A stretch of 32,000 nt of DNA, taken from Wolbachia endosymbiont of Armadillidium arcangelii. Lineage in GTDB: Bacteria; Pseudomonadota; Alphaproteobacteria; Rickettsiales; Anaplasmataceae. Position 1 is the stretch's first letter. Each line of letters starts with the position of its first letter. The stretch is taken from positions 1,458,001-1,490,000 of the forward strand of contig NZ_CP157942.1 in NCBI RefSeq assembly GCF_040207875.1, written 5' to 3'. This document shows positions 9,236 through 18,296 of this stretch, in pieces. Under the pieces are notes generated by a model. That model had not been told where the DNA came from. It searched no databases and worked only from the letters and a program-made list of their open reading frames with translations. The position numbers were made by a program, and so were the translations under genes.

Positions 9236-9282
9236 TAACTATATTTTTTTATAGAGCTACCTTCCTTCTTGCTTCTTTTATA

Positions 9283-9798
9283 TCATATTTCCAACTTACA
9301 ACCTTCTTCTTCTCCTTTACAGATATTTAATAGCCGTGACCCTATACTTTCTACAGCACTGTAATCAATTGCAGAGCTACGTTGCACTTTGTATGGAATT
9401 TTTGCACTAGGAGTTATATTCACACTATTCCTACCTTTAAACAGTCCAGCTATACCTGGTTTACCTCGAACGGCAGAAGGTGTTTTATCTTGAACATTAA
9501 CCTTAGCATTTCCACTAGGAGAAAGTTTTAAAGTATGCGAGCTACTTCTTCTACTGGAAAAAGGCATCTCATTCTTTTGATCTTTAGCCTGAGCACTATT
9601 TTCTAGCTTTGTATTCAAGGAATTTGCTATGCCTAGAGGTGTTGAATAATTGTTATCTCTAGCTAAGGAGTTAAAGTCACCAATTTCTGTAGCATTTTCA
9701 AACTCAAAGTCTTCTACTTGAAAATTTGCTGCAGCGTTTATTTGACCTTTCATATTTCTTTTTTTTACGAGAGTTACATGCCAAGCAGAATACCCCAT
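9283..9798 (-). CDS. Hypothetical lineage-specific protein, Ser/Lys/Asn-rich and probably disordered
   Basis: 171-aa ORF without recognisable domain; adjacent to the IS element. Confidence 0.5.
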   Translation of the reverse strand: MGYSAWHVTLVKKRNMKGQINAAANFQVEDFEFENATEIGDFNSLARDNNYSTPLGIANSLNTKLENSAQAKDQKNEMPFSSRRSSSHTLKLSPSGNAKVNVQDKTPSAVRGKPGIAGLFKGRNSVNITPSAKIPYKVQRSSAIDYSAVESIGSRLLNICKGEEEGCKLEI

Positions 9799-9899
9799 CT
9801 TTAAAATTTTTCAACCCCATTTAAGATTTTCTTAAAATAGTTTTTGATAAAAATACTTACGACACTAACTTTTGTGTAAAACTTTTAGAAGATTTTATA

Positions 9900-10164
9900 G
9901 CAAAAAAATTACTTCCGCATATTTTAAATCTGATTATAATTACAACTAGAGATATTTATTGAGCTCAAAAATCTATCTCCGTCTGCAGACTTTTTTATTA
10001 AACTCATTAAAAAATGTATTCTTCAGAGCATGTAAGTGTACTTAATTTCTGTCGTATGTGCGTTGCCAAATCTTTTTTATACAGGAGGGTTTTATGTCCA
10101 GAATTCCAGATACTTGACCTTTACTTTAGCTAATAAAAACCAACTGGTACCTGCGGTTTTTATA
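9900..10164 (+). repeat. Right copy (B) of the ~240 bp imperfect inverted repeat
   Basis: Inverted match to 6618-6853; shares ttacttccgcatattt, tctgcagac, ctgtcgtatgtgcg and the 56-bp identical core. Confidence 0.85.
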
Positions 10165-10223
10165 GCTACATTTTCTCAAAATTTTAATCAGATTTCAAAT
10201 GGATAGTTAAAAGAAACTCACAG

Positions 10224-11030
10224 TTATTCTAGTGCTGCTCCATTAACTGGAATCTTTTCATGCTCAGCAGAATAAAAGTAAGAATTAATAGCAACAACGC
10301 TTTCTATCGATGTGGCCTGTTTATAGTCCTGACTTAGGAAATACATAGCCAGTCCAACTGCTATTCCAGCAATGAGAGCAGATGCTGCTATTGCACATAA
10401 TATAATAGTCATTGAAGGTATTAAAGCACCACCAACACCGAGTCCAATACCAAGAAAAACGCCAGGCATAACGCCACATAAACTATTATATTTAGCACTT
10501 TCTTTTTTCAGTTTAGCTTGGTCTTTCATACATTTAATGAGTACTTCTCTTGTTTTTCCTTCAGCTAAATCTAATGGAATTTTCCTATTTCTATTATTTA
10601 TCAAAGGATTTGCACCATGTTTTAAAAGTGCTTCTATTGCCTCAGTGTTATTACTTGTAACAGCTTGGTGTAATAACGTCTTTCCACTTTGATCTTGAAA
10701 ATTTATCAATCCATAGAAATACTCAGGAGTAACAAATCTATTCACCACTTCATCTAAAATATTCATTACGTTTTGAAACGGTAATATATCTCCTTTTTCA
10801 GACCTTGCACTATCGAATTTAATACAGTGGTGCAAAATAGGGTATACTATCTTTTCTATTTTCTTATTGATAAGCTCTCCATTTACAGGGACTCTATTGA
10901 CAATAGTATCTGTAAATAACGTCTTGTTAATCACAATTTCTCTATTATCATTAAGATGCTTTTGCAACTCTTCAATTTTTTCTATAAAATTCTTGTGTAG
11001 ACTATTAATGATTTTAAGTAAAGCAGTCAT
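10224..11030 (-). CDS. Ankyrin-repeat protein with two C-terminal transmembrane segments
   Basis: 268 aa; GKTLLHQAVTSNNTEAIEALLKHGANPLINNRNRKIPLDLAEGK; hydrophobic VMPGVFLGIGLGVGGALIPSMTIILCAIAASALIAGIAVGLAMYFL. Confidence 0.85.
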   Translation of the reverse strand: MTALLKIINSLHKNFIEKIEELQKHLNDNREIVINKTLFTDTIVNRVPVNGELINKKIEKIVYPILHHCIKFDSARSEKGDILPFQNVMNILDEVVNRFVTPEYFYGLINFQDQSGKTLLHQAVTSNNTEAIEALLKHGANPLINNRNRKIPLDLAEGKTREVLIKCMKDQAKLKKESAKYNSLCGVMPGVFLGIGLGVGGALIPSMTIILCAIAASALIAGIAVGLAMYFLSQDYKQATSIESVVAINSYFYSAEHEKIPVNGAALE

Positions 11031-11160
11031 GTTATTTACCTATTCTAACCTAGCTATATTAATAATATAATAAATTCTACTAAAAGTCAAATTTTTAATT
11101 AAAAAATTAATATAATTTATTGACAATCTATACAAATGTCAAATAAATTCCGAAAATCCA

Positions 11161-13632
11161 TCAAAAAAAACTCACAGGATCAACATCTATTGTTACTGCA
11201 ATATTTGAACTCAAATTACAGCAATATTTCAGCTTTCTCTTCAAAGATAGACTATGTTTATTGTGTATTTTGAGTAACACTCTATACCGATATTTATTAT
11301 TTAAGAAATTTATTGCTGCTGGCGATGGGCCAAAAATTTCAAATTCTTCCGGCATCAAGCGCTGGGAAGTAGCTGAATACTGATTATGCAAAAAGCTTGT
11401 TATCTCACTTGCTGCTTTCTGCGTTGCAAATTGATCCTTACCGCAAACTATAAGCGCTATTAGCCTACTAAATGGTGGCATTTTAGCTTTGCGCCTTGAC
11501 TCAAGTTCAATTTCATAAAACAAATCCCTTTTTTGCTGCTGCAATGCTTTTATTATCAAGCTTTCAGGGTTATTAGTTTGCACTATTACCATTCCTTTCT
11601 CATTGAACCTTCCTGACCTTCCTGCAACTTGATGCAATAATTGATACGTCTTTTCTGCTGCCCTAAGGTCAGAATTTTCAAGGCCTAAATCTGCATTTAT
11701 CACTCCAACCAAAGTTAATTTAGGAAAATTATGCCCTTTAGCAATTACTTGTGTACCGATTATGATATTCACCTCTTCCTTGAGCACTGAGTCAATGATG
11801 TTACCAAGCGACTTCTGATCGCTGCTTATAATCGCAGTCTTTGCATTTGGTATTAGTTTCACTATTTCTTCAAGCAATCTTTCAATTCCCACACCATAAA
11901 GGAACAATGACTGCTCACTTTGACAATTAGAACATTTTTCTGGAAGTTTTGACTGGTAAGAGCAATGATGACACAAAAGGACGTTCTTCTTTTTGTGGTA
12001 TGTAAGCCAAACAGCGCAATTTGAGCAGGAAATTTTATATCCACATTTTTTACAAACTGCAAGTTGTGCATACCCTCTGCGGTTTAGAAAGAGCATAGCT
12101 TGCTGTTTTTTCTCTATGGTTTGTTTTATGCCTTCGAAAAGCTCATTGGAAATCCATTGTTTATTATTCACTACTTTTATGTGTGGCAACTCTGCACCAC
12201 CGAATCTTTTAGTCAATTTTACATGATTGTAATTTCCGTTTTTAACATGATAAATTGTTTCAAGCAGCGGAGTAGCTGATGATAAAACAATCGGAATGTT
12301 TTCTATTTTTGCTAAGATAATTGCCATATCTCGGGCATTATATATAACTCCTTGTTCTTGTTTAAAAGATGAGTCATGCTCTTCATCAACGATGATCAAT
12401 TTTAGGTTTTTATAAGGTAAAAAAAGCGCTGACCGTGCCCCAATAATTATCTGCGCACTTCCATTTGCGATACTGAGCCAATTATTTCGACGAGCTTTTG
12501 GAGTGAGCCCTGAGTGCCACTGAGCTATATTGCCAGATGTCTGACTGCGAACACGATTTACCAATTGTGAAGTTAGAACAATTTCAGGTAGAAGGATCAG
12601 AACTTGTGCATTACCCTCTTCTGGTGTCATTCCAGTGCTTGACACTGGAATCCAGTCTTTATCGTACAACTGCTTAGTGTACTGATTTGAAATTAAGTTT
12701 TCTGGATCCCAGTGTCGGGGCACTGGGATGACATCCTTTTTGGTAAAAATTACTCTTATATTGTAACATTCGTCTAGTTGTGTATTGAACGCTGGAATGA
12801 CATAACGTTTATTTTTGAAAGTAAATTGCATAGCAAATGGTGTCATTCCAGTACGTGGCAAAGGCAGTATGCTAAGTGTTACAGTGGGTTTTGCCTTAAA
12901 TACAAAGATGTCATTCCAGTGTTTAACACTGGAATCCAGGAATTTTGATTGTAAATTAGGTATTGGTCTTAAATTAAAATAAACGTTTGTAATAAGATGA
13001 TATAAAAAACTGGATCCCAGTGTCGGGGCACTGGGATGACAGGAGAAGGAAATACTGGAATGACACCATAGGGGAAACATCACGGAGTGAAACCTTTTTG
13101 GTAGACAATGTTCATATGTACTATAATTCTTAATCAATTCTGTAATCACAGAGAGATAAACTTCCGTTTTTCCAGACCCGGTTTCACCGTCAAGTAAAGT
13201 TACTGAATACTCATTCAAATTACTTATTATTTTATCACGAGCTATCTGCTGCTCAGAGTTTAATTTGTAGTCTATTTTGCTTATTTCCTGCTTTTGCTCA
13301 GCATAAACTAGTTTATCTATCTGATTTACCTTTAATACTCCTCCCATTATCACTTTTGCAAGCATACCAATAGGTATTACATTATATTGCGCAACCCACT
13401 CTGCAAATTCGATCAACTTTGGTCTGATGCTCGGTAAATCGACCTTTTGTTTAATGCATTTTAATTCTCGATCGCTCTTGTCACTACATTTCCAAACTAT
13501 TCCAATCAAACGCTTTCTACCAAATGGTACCACCACATAATCCCCAATTGAAACTTCAGTATCTTCCTCAACTGCATATGAAAATAACTGATCAATTGGA
13601 AGTGGTAGTAATATCTCAACTATTCTTGTCAT
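11161..13632 (-). CDS. priA: Primosomal protein N' (replication restart helicase) with a large in-frame repeat-derived insertion
   Basis: 823 aa; LLDGETGSGKTEVYLSVI (Walker A), ILLPEIVLTSQL, IIVDEEHDSSFKQEQG (DEEH), CKKCGYKISCSNC/CHHCSYQSKLPEKC Zn motifs, VIIGTQVIAKGHNFPKLTLVGVINAD. Confidence 0.95.
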   Translation of the reverse strand: MTRIVEILLPLPIDQLFSYAVEEDTEVSIGDYVVVPFGRKRLIGIVWKCSDKSDRELKCIKQKVDLPSIRPKLIEFAEWVAQYNVIPIGMLAKVIMGGVLKVNQIDKLVYAEQKQEISKIDYKLNSEQQIARDKIISNLNEYSVTLLDGETGSGKTEVYLSVITELIKNYSTYEHCLPKRFHSVMFPLWCHSSISFSCHPSAPTLGSSFLYHLITNVYFNLRPIPNLQSKFLDSSVKHWNDIFVFKAKPTVTLSILPLPRTGMTPFAMQFTFKNKRYVIPAFNTQLDECYNIRVIFTKKDVIPVPRHWDPENLISNQYTKQLYDKDWIPVSSTGMTPEEGNAQVLILLPEIVLTSQLVNRVRSQTSGNIAQWHSGLTPKARRNNWLSIANGSAQIIIGARSALFLPYKNLKLIIVDEEHDSSFKQEQGVIYNARDMAIILAKIENIPIVLSSATPLLETIYHVKNGNYNHVKLTKRFGGAELPHIKVVNNKQWISNELFEGIKQTIEKKQQAMLFLNRRGYAQLAVCKKCGYKISCSNCAVWLTYHKKKNVLLCHHCSYQSKLPEKCSNCQSEQSLFLYGVGIERLLEEIVKLIPNAKTAIISSDQKSLGNIIDSVLKEEVNIIIGTQVIAKGHNFPKLTLVGVINADLGLENSDLRAAEKTYQLLHQVAGRSGRFNEKGMVIVQTNNPESLIIKALQQQKRDLFYEIELESRRKAKMPPFSRLIALIVCGKDQFATQKAASEITSFLHNQYSATSQRLMPEEFEIFGPSPAAINFLNNKYRYRVLLKIHNKHSLSLKRKLKYCCNLSSNIAVTIDVDPVSFF
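12616..13122 (-). repeat. Nested palindromic repeat cluster inserted in frame within priA
   Basis: Copies of gtcattccagtgcttgacactggaatccag / ggatcccagtgtcggggcactgggatgac inside the ORF, separating VITELIKN from NAQVLILLPEI. Confidence 0.9.
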
Positions 13633-13736
13633 GGCAGCCTAAACTATTTTTGTAATTTTCGAATGAATCAGAAAAATCAGATACACCTTAATGCTTTTTT
13701 CATAGTACACGATTTATAATCATAAATATTGAAAAT

Positions 13737-14693
13737 GTGAGGAAATTCTGTATGTTTAGCGATAAAATAGTCCTAGACTTTGAAGTAGAAAAAGGTGACC
13801 CAATAGACCGATGTTACTTTTCTACACGTATCAAACTTACAGATGAGAGCAAGAATTTTCTATGTGAAAAGCTCGGTAAGCTTAACAATTTAGATGATTA
13901 TTTTGATCTTAATCCTGAAAATTTTTATATTTATTACAATAAATATGGTGGGCACTACGGTATAAATGAGCTATATGTCAGAGATAATAATGGTAGATAT
14001 TTAGCTACTAAACTTCCACTTGATCACAACGGATTTTCAATAGAGTTATCATTCGACGAGGTGAATTGTGGTTTTTATCCTCTTTATGCAATCTATAACC
14101 CCAATCAATATAACAAAAAGCAGGAGAAGAGCTTTGAAGATAATGGTGAATTGCGGTCACTTGCATCAAGTGTGCTAGATCACTTTCTAAATGGCTTAAC
14201 CATTCAAGACATGTTTTTGCAGATACAAAACAAATTTATTGAAAAAGAAACAAAATTAGCAAAAGAAAAAAGACAAGCAGAGAAAGAATTGAATCAAAAG
14301 AATGAAAAGTTAAGAGAACTCATAGAAAATGGTGAGATTGAAATATTTAAAGTAATAAAAGGTCATGGTATTGGAAATGGACGTTCAGCAGCAATTTTAC
14401 AACTCGATGATGATCTTGATGCAAGTAAGTACTACATAGCAGAGTATGAAGGCAATGAATACTTGCATTGTATGAGCCATGATTATGACATACTGCTTGA
14501 CCAGAGCGATTTATTTTTCGTTCTCAATAGCAGTTCTTATCTTGAACTTGAAAGCGGTTTCTACTCAATGCCTGCTGCTGGCAGCTGTGCTAAATATCTC
14601 GATATTAAGCATCGGCTTTTCAGCGATGATCAACTATCTAAGCAGTTATGCAAAATCAGGCAAGGGCTAGTTAACACCAAGACTTATTTATAG
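13737..14693 (+). CDS. Hypothetical 318-aa protein, first gene of a two-gene unit
   Basis: Long ORF with no recognised family; central Lys/Glu-rich coiled-coil segment (FIEKETKLAKEKRQAEKELNQKNEKLRELIENGE); 16 bp upstream of the next ORF. Confidence 0.75.
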   Translation: MRKFCMFSDKIVLDFEVEKGDPIDRCYFSTRIKLTDESKNFLCEKLGKLNNLDDYFDLNPENFYIYYNKYGGHYGINELYVRDNNGRYLATKLPLDHNGFSIELSFDEVNCGFYPLYAIYNPNQYNKKQEKSFEDNGELRSLASSVLDHFLNGLTIQDMFLQIQNKFIEKETKLAKEKRQAEKELNQKNEKLRELIENGEIEIFKVIKGHGIGNGRSAAILQLDDDLDASKYYIAEYEGNEYLHCMSHDYDILLDQSDLFFVLNSSSYLELESGFYSMPAAGSCAKYLDIKHRLFSDDQLSKQLCKIRQGLVNTKTYL

Positions 14694-14709
14694 TGAAAAT
14701 TTTTAAGAG

Positions 14710-17700
14710 GTGGATATGAAATTCAAAATAAACTCTGGATATGATAAATCACAAACGTTGATTAAAAAATTATTTCCAAATAAAGAAAGTATAGTAATAA
14801 ACGATCAGCTTACGATAGAAGTGAAATATGGGGGGCTAGCTAGTTATACACCCGAGTATATAAAACAAACTGTAAAAGATGCTTATGGAGCTTGGTCTGA
14901 AAATTTTTATTCACAAAAAAGCAGTCATGCTGGTCCGGTAAAATTGCAGCTTTATGCGCTGAAAAATTATGATGATTACAAAGCTCATATAAAGGAACTT
15001 TCAGGTGGTAAAGACCATAGAGAATTATGGGGTGGTGGAACAGTAAGAGCACATGAAGCTGACGGCACGATAGCAAAGACTTTCATTGTTGGAGATGTAA
15101 ATGGCTTACTTTGTGCAAAATCTAAAATCTTAATGGAAAAAATGAGCGATGCATTTCTTGAGTACGCCACTGGCGACCTCAATGCAGTACCTGAAATTTT
15201 ACGTACCGGTATGAAGCTTTTCATGTGGAGCTATGATGCAGCTAAAAAAGAAAGCACTCGCGATATGCACTACACAAAAGAAGCATACAACAAAATGCAG
15301 GAATCTGGGTATGATACACCGTATAAAATAGCAAGTATGTCTAACGACTATAGAATGTCAGATTGCTTGGTAACATTCCTACAAGAAAAACATCCTCAAT
15401 TCATAAAGCAATTGCTGACTGAAATGTCCTTCAATGGAGTACAAGCGATATCAAAATTCAAGCATATTTTGAATAATTCGGAAATTGAAAAAGAATTTAA
15501 GCAGTGGATGGATGTAAAAAGTGGCAATAAAATTGTAGCAGATCTTGTACCAGATAATGAGGTTATTACTTACAGCGAACACAAGCTTCAAATAAACATA
15601 AAATATGATAATAAAGAACTAAGTCAGGAAAAAATAAGTGATATAAAAGACACCATCGAGAATAGTATAAAAGACTTTGACTCGATATTTGGCATTAATA
15701 ATTCTCAGCCTTGGCACAATATACAAAATAAAGTCAACGTTTTCGTGTTTAACACAAAAAGTGACTACGAAAACTATCTGAAGGAATTGAACGTTAACTA
15801 TAAAGGCAATTCCGGTTTGACGCTCCAAGGTCGCGGCTCAGAAACTCATGTTTATTTTTATCTACAAGACCAATTCGATGACTCGTGTAAAACTTTAAAA
15901 CACGAATTGGGACACGCTTTGACTGTCATTAATTCCTATTACGGTACGGGTGACATTTTACCTAAAGCTATGCATGAAGGAGTTGCTAACTATATAGCAA
16001 GCTTGGAAGACGGTCAGCATATCAATGATCACGGAGATAAAGAGGCCTTGATTGCAATAAGAAATAAAGATCTCAAACCAGATGAGATATTGCGCAATAA
16101 TATTATGAACGATAAAGGGGAATATTATCATTCAGACGCTGAACAAGTGATCAAATTTCTTGAAGATAAACACCCAGATATGATTGATAATTTGCTCAAG
16201 AGCCTTTCTAAATCTGGTACGAATAGGTCTCAAGGTAATAAATTATTTGAGGATTTTTTGGCTGAGCTAAAAGGCTATGACCAAGAATTTAAACAGTGGG
16301 TCAAGGCTGAGTTGAGTGGTCTAAAGCATGAGCACGGAGTATCAAGTACGCAAGAGGATAAAGCTGAACAACCTGTTAGTGAAGAAAAAGAAAGAAGTAA
16401 AAGGTTACTAGAAGAAGACAAAGATGAGCAAAAAGAAGTTGTTATGAGAAGTGTAATAGAAAATATGGATAACAATTCTATCAACGAAGTGGAAGCTTCA
16501 AGCAGTGTTGCAGATGCACAACATCCCTTAAAAATAGAGGAACCTAATGATCAATCTATAAACGAAGAAGTTAAAGTGAAAAGTAAAGTCGAATCTAGAA
16601 AGAAAAGGTCAATCGACGAAGATAAAGAAGAAGATGCTATAGGAAATGTGAATGAGATAAACGAGGTAACAGGTGCAACACGTTTACATTCTGCTGCTTC
16701 ATTAGGAGATTTAAGCAAAGTAGCAACGCTTGTAAAACACAATGCATATATTGATACAAGAGACCATAATGGACAAACACCACTACATTACACCATTCAG
16801 TCAGGAAATACGGAAGTAGCAAAATATCTTATTGATAATGGCGCAAATCTTAATATTCGAGATAATTATTATCATAAAACTAATACTCAATATGTCTATT
16901 ACAAGACACCTTTACACTATGCTATTGAATCTGGCAATACAGAGATAGCTAAGTACTTAGTAGATCGTGGTGCAAACCCTAATATTCAAGATGCTTATTC
17001 CAAAGCACCATTATACAGTGCTATTTATTCAGGTAATGCAGAAATAGTGAAGTATCTGTTAGATCATAATGCAGATCCTAATAGTAAGGGTTTTCCGTTA
17101 CTTGCTGCTATTAAGCTAGGACATGCGGAAATAGTTAAGAGTTTAGTTGAGCATGATGCAGATCTTAGTATCAAGAACACGTCAGCTCAAACGCTGCTGC
17201 ACTATGCAATCGAGCTAAAACACACGGAAATTGCTAAGTACTTAATAGATCATGGTGTAGGTATTGACACTCGTGATATTAGCTCTGGTAAATCTCCACT
17301 ACATTTTGCCATGTACATGAAAAATATGGAAGTAGTTAAATATCTCATAGAGCACAATGCGGATATTGATGTTCAGGATAGCTACGGCTTAACACCTTTG
17401 CACCTTGCTGTTGATCTTGGGAGTAAGGGGATGATAGAGCGTTTAGTTGAAAACGGTGCGAATATTAACGTGCAGGATAATGATGGTTGGACACCGTTGG
17501 TTCATGCAGTGAGGAATGGGCAATTAGATACAGTAAAGTACCCAGTAAAAAACGGTGCTGATATTAATGTTGTGGATAAAGAAGGAGATACATTGCTTGA
17601 TCATGCTGTATTTTGTATAAAAGATGCAAAGTTATACAAAGATGTAGCGGATAGTAAAAAACATGGTGATGACGGTTTTTATTATCAAGAACTTTCAAAG

Positions 17701-18219
17701 AAAGCTGCAATTCGGGAAGAGACTGGAGAGGACATGCTTAAATATCTTAAAAAAACTATTATGCAAGAAGATGAACCTAACAATATAGATCAAATGCCGG
17801 CAGATCAACCTGCAAGTGGAGAAAGGAATAAAAGATCGCTAAGAGAGGATGAAGAGAAGCAAGAGGAAACAATTGTTATAGATAATGTGAAGAGTAATCA
17901 GGAAGATTCTTTAAAAATCAAAGTGGGTGAACCTATTGAAATGGGAAAATATAAGGTAGAGCTGCAAGTTACGTATGATGATGTAAGAAATTTTTATGAT
18001 ACTATACGTGGCAAACATCATGATGGTAGTGGATACAACTACGAGCAAATAATGGTTTTATATAATGGAATTGTCAAGCCAGCATCGCAGCATTATGATG
18101 AACCATTTACTCTTGCCGAGTCCTATATTACAGATGGGCATCTATTTATCAAAAATCAAGATTTTGGAATTTTGAATGATTTTAATGAGATGTTCTATAA
18201 AAATGATGAGTTTATGTAA
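14710..18219 (+). CDS. Large multidomain protein: duplicated metallopeptidase-like (collagenase/gluzincin-type) domains, ankyrin repeats, unique C-terminus
   Basis: 1169 aa; KTLKHELGHALTVINSYYGTGDILPKAMHEGVANYIAS (HExxH at aa 398-402, HEG at aa 422-424), about 10 ankyrin repeats (TPLHYAIESGNTEIAKYLVDRGANPNIQD etc.), acidic/basic linkers; preceded by a GAGGTGG-like ribosome-binding site. Confidence 0.85.
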   Translation: MDMKFKINSGYDKSQTLIKKLFPNKESIVINDQLTIEVKYGGLASYTPEYIKQTVKDAYGAWSENFYSQKSSHAGPVKLQLYALKNYDDYKAHIKELSGGKDHRELWGGGTVRAHEADGTIAKTFIVGDVNGLLCAKSKILMEKMSDAFLEYATGDLNAVPEILRTGMKLFMWSYDAAKKESTRDMHYTKEAYNKMQESGYDTPYKIASMSNDYRMSDCLVTFLQEKHPQFIKQLLTEMSFNGVQAISKFKHILNNSEIEKEFKQWMDVKSGNKIVADLVPDNEVITYSEHKLQINIKYDNKELSQEKISDIKDTIENSIKDFDSIFGINNSQPWHNIQNKVNVFVFNTKSDYENYLKELNVNYKGNSGLTLQGRGSETHVYFYLQDQFDDSCKTLKHELGHALTVINSYYGTGDILPKAMHEGVANYIASLEDGQHINDHGDKEALIAIRNKDLKPDEILRNNIMNDKGEYYHSDAEQVIKFLEDKHPDMIDNLLKSLSKSGTNRSQGNKLFEDFLAELKGYDQEFKQWVKAELSGLKHEHGVSSTQEDKAEQPVSEEKERSKRLLEEDKDEQKEVVMRSVIENMDNNSINEVEASSSVADAQHPLKIEEPNDQSINEEVKVKSKVESRKKRSIDEDKEEDAIGNVNEINEVTGATRLHSAASLGDLSKVATLVKHNAYIDTRDHNGQTPLHYTIQSGNTEVAKYLIDNGANLNIRDNYYHKTNTQYVYYKTPLHYAIESGNTEIAKYLVDRGANPNIQDAYSKAPLYSAIYSGNAEIVKYLLDHNADPNSKGFPLLAAIKLGHAEIVKSLVEHDADLSIKNTSAQTLLHYAIELKHTEIAKYLIDHGVGIDTRDISSGKSPLHFAMYMKNMEVVKYLIEHNADIDVQDSYGLTPLHLAVDLGSKGMIERLVENGANINVQDNDGWTPLVHAVRNGQLDTVKYPVKNGADINVVDKEGDTLLDHAVFCIKDAKLYKDVADSKKHGDDGFYYQELSKKAAIREETGEDMLKYLKKTIMQEDEPNNIDQMPADQPASGERNKRSLREDEEKQEETIVIDNVKSNQEDSLKIKVGEPIEMGKYKVELQVTYDDVRNFYDTIRGKHHDGSGYNYEQIMVLYNGIVKPASQHYDEPFTLAESYITDGHLFIKNQDFGILNDFNEMFYKNDEFM

Positions 18220-18296
18220 CATAAAAAGTGGATGAGAATTAATTGATATAGGAAATTAGGGTTTTTGCATGATCTTCTATCATTCCAATCAGAAAG

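Noticed and set aside
13737-18219. Assignment of the two-gene module as a cifA/cifB cytoplasmic incompatibility locus
   Set aside because: Neither protein shows deubiquitinase (Ulp1) or PD-(D/E)XK nuclease motifs that I can recognise; only the two-gene layout is similar.
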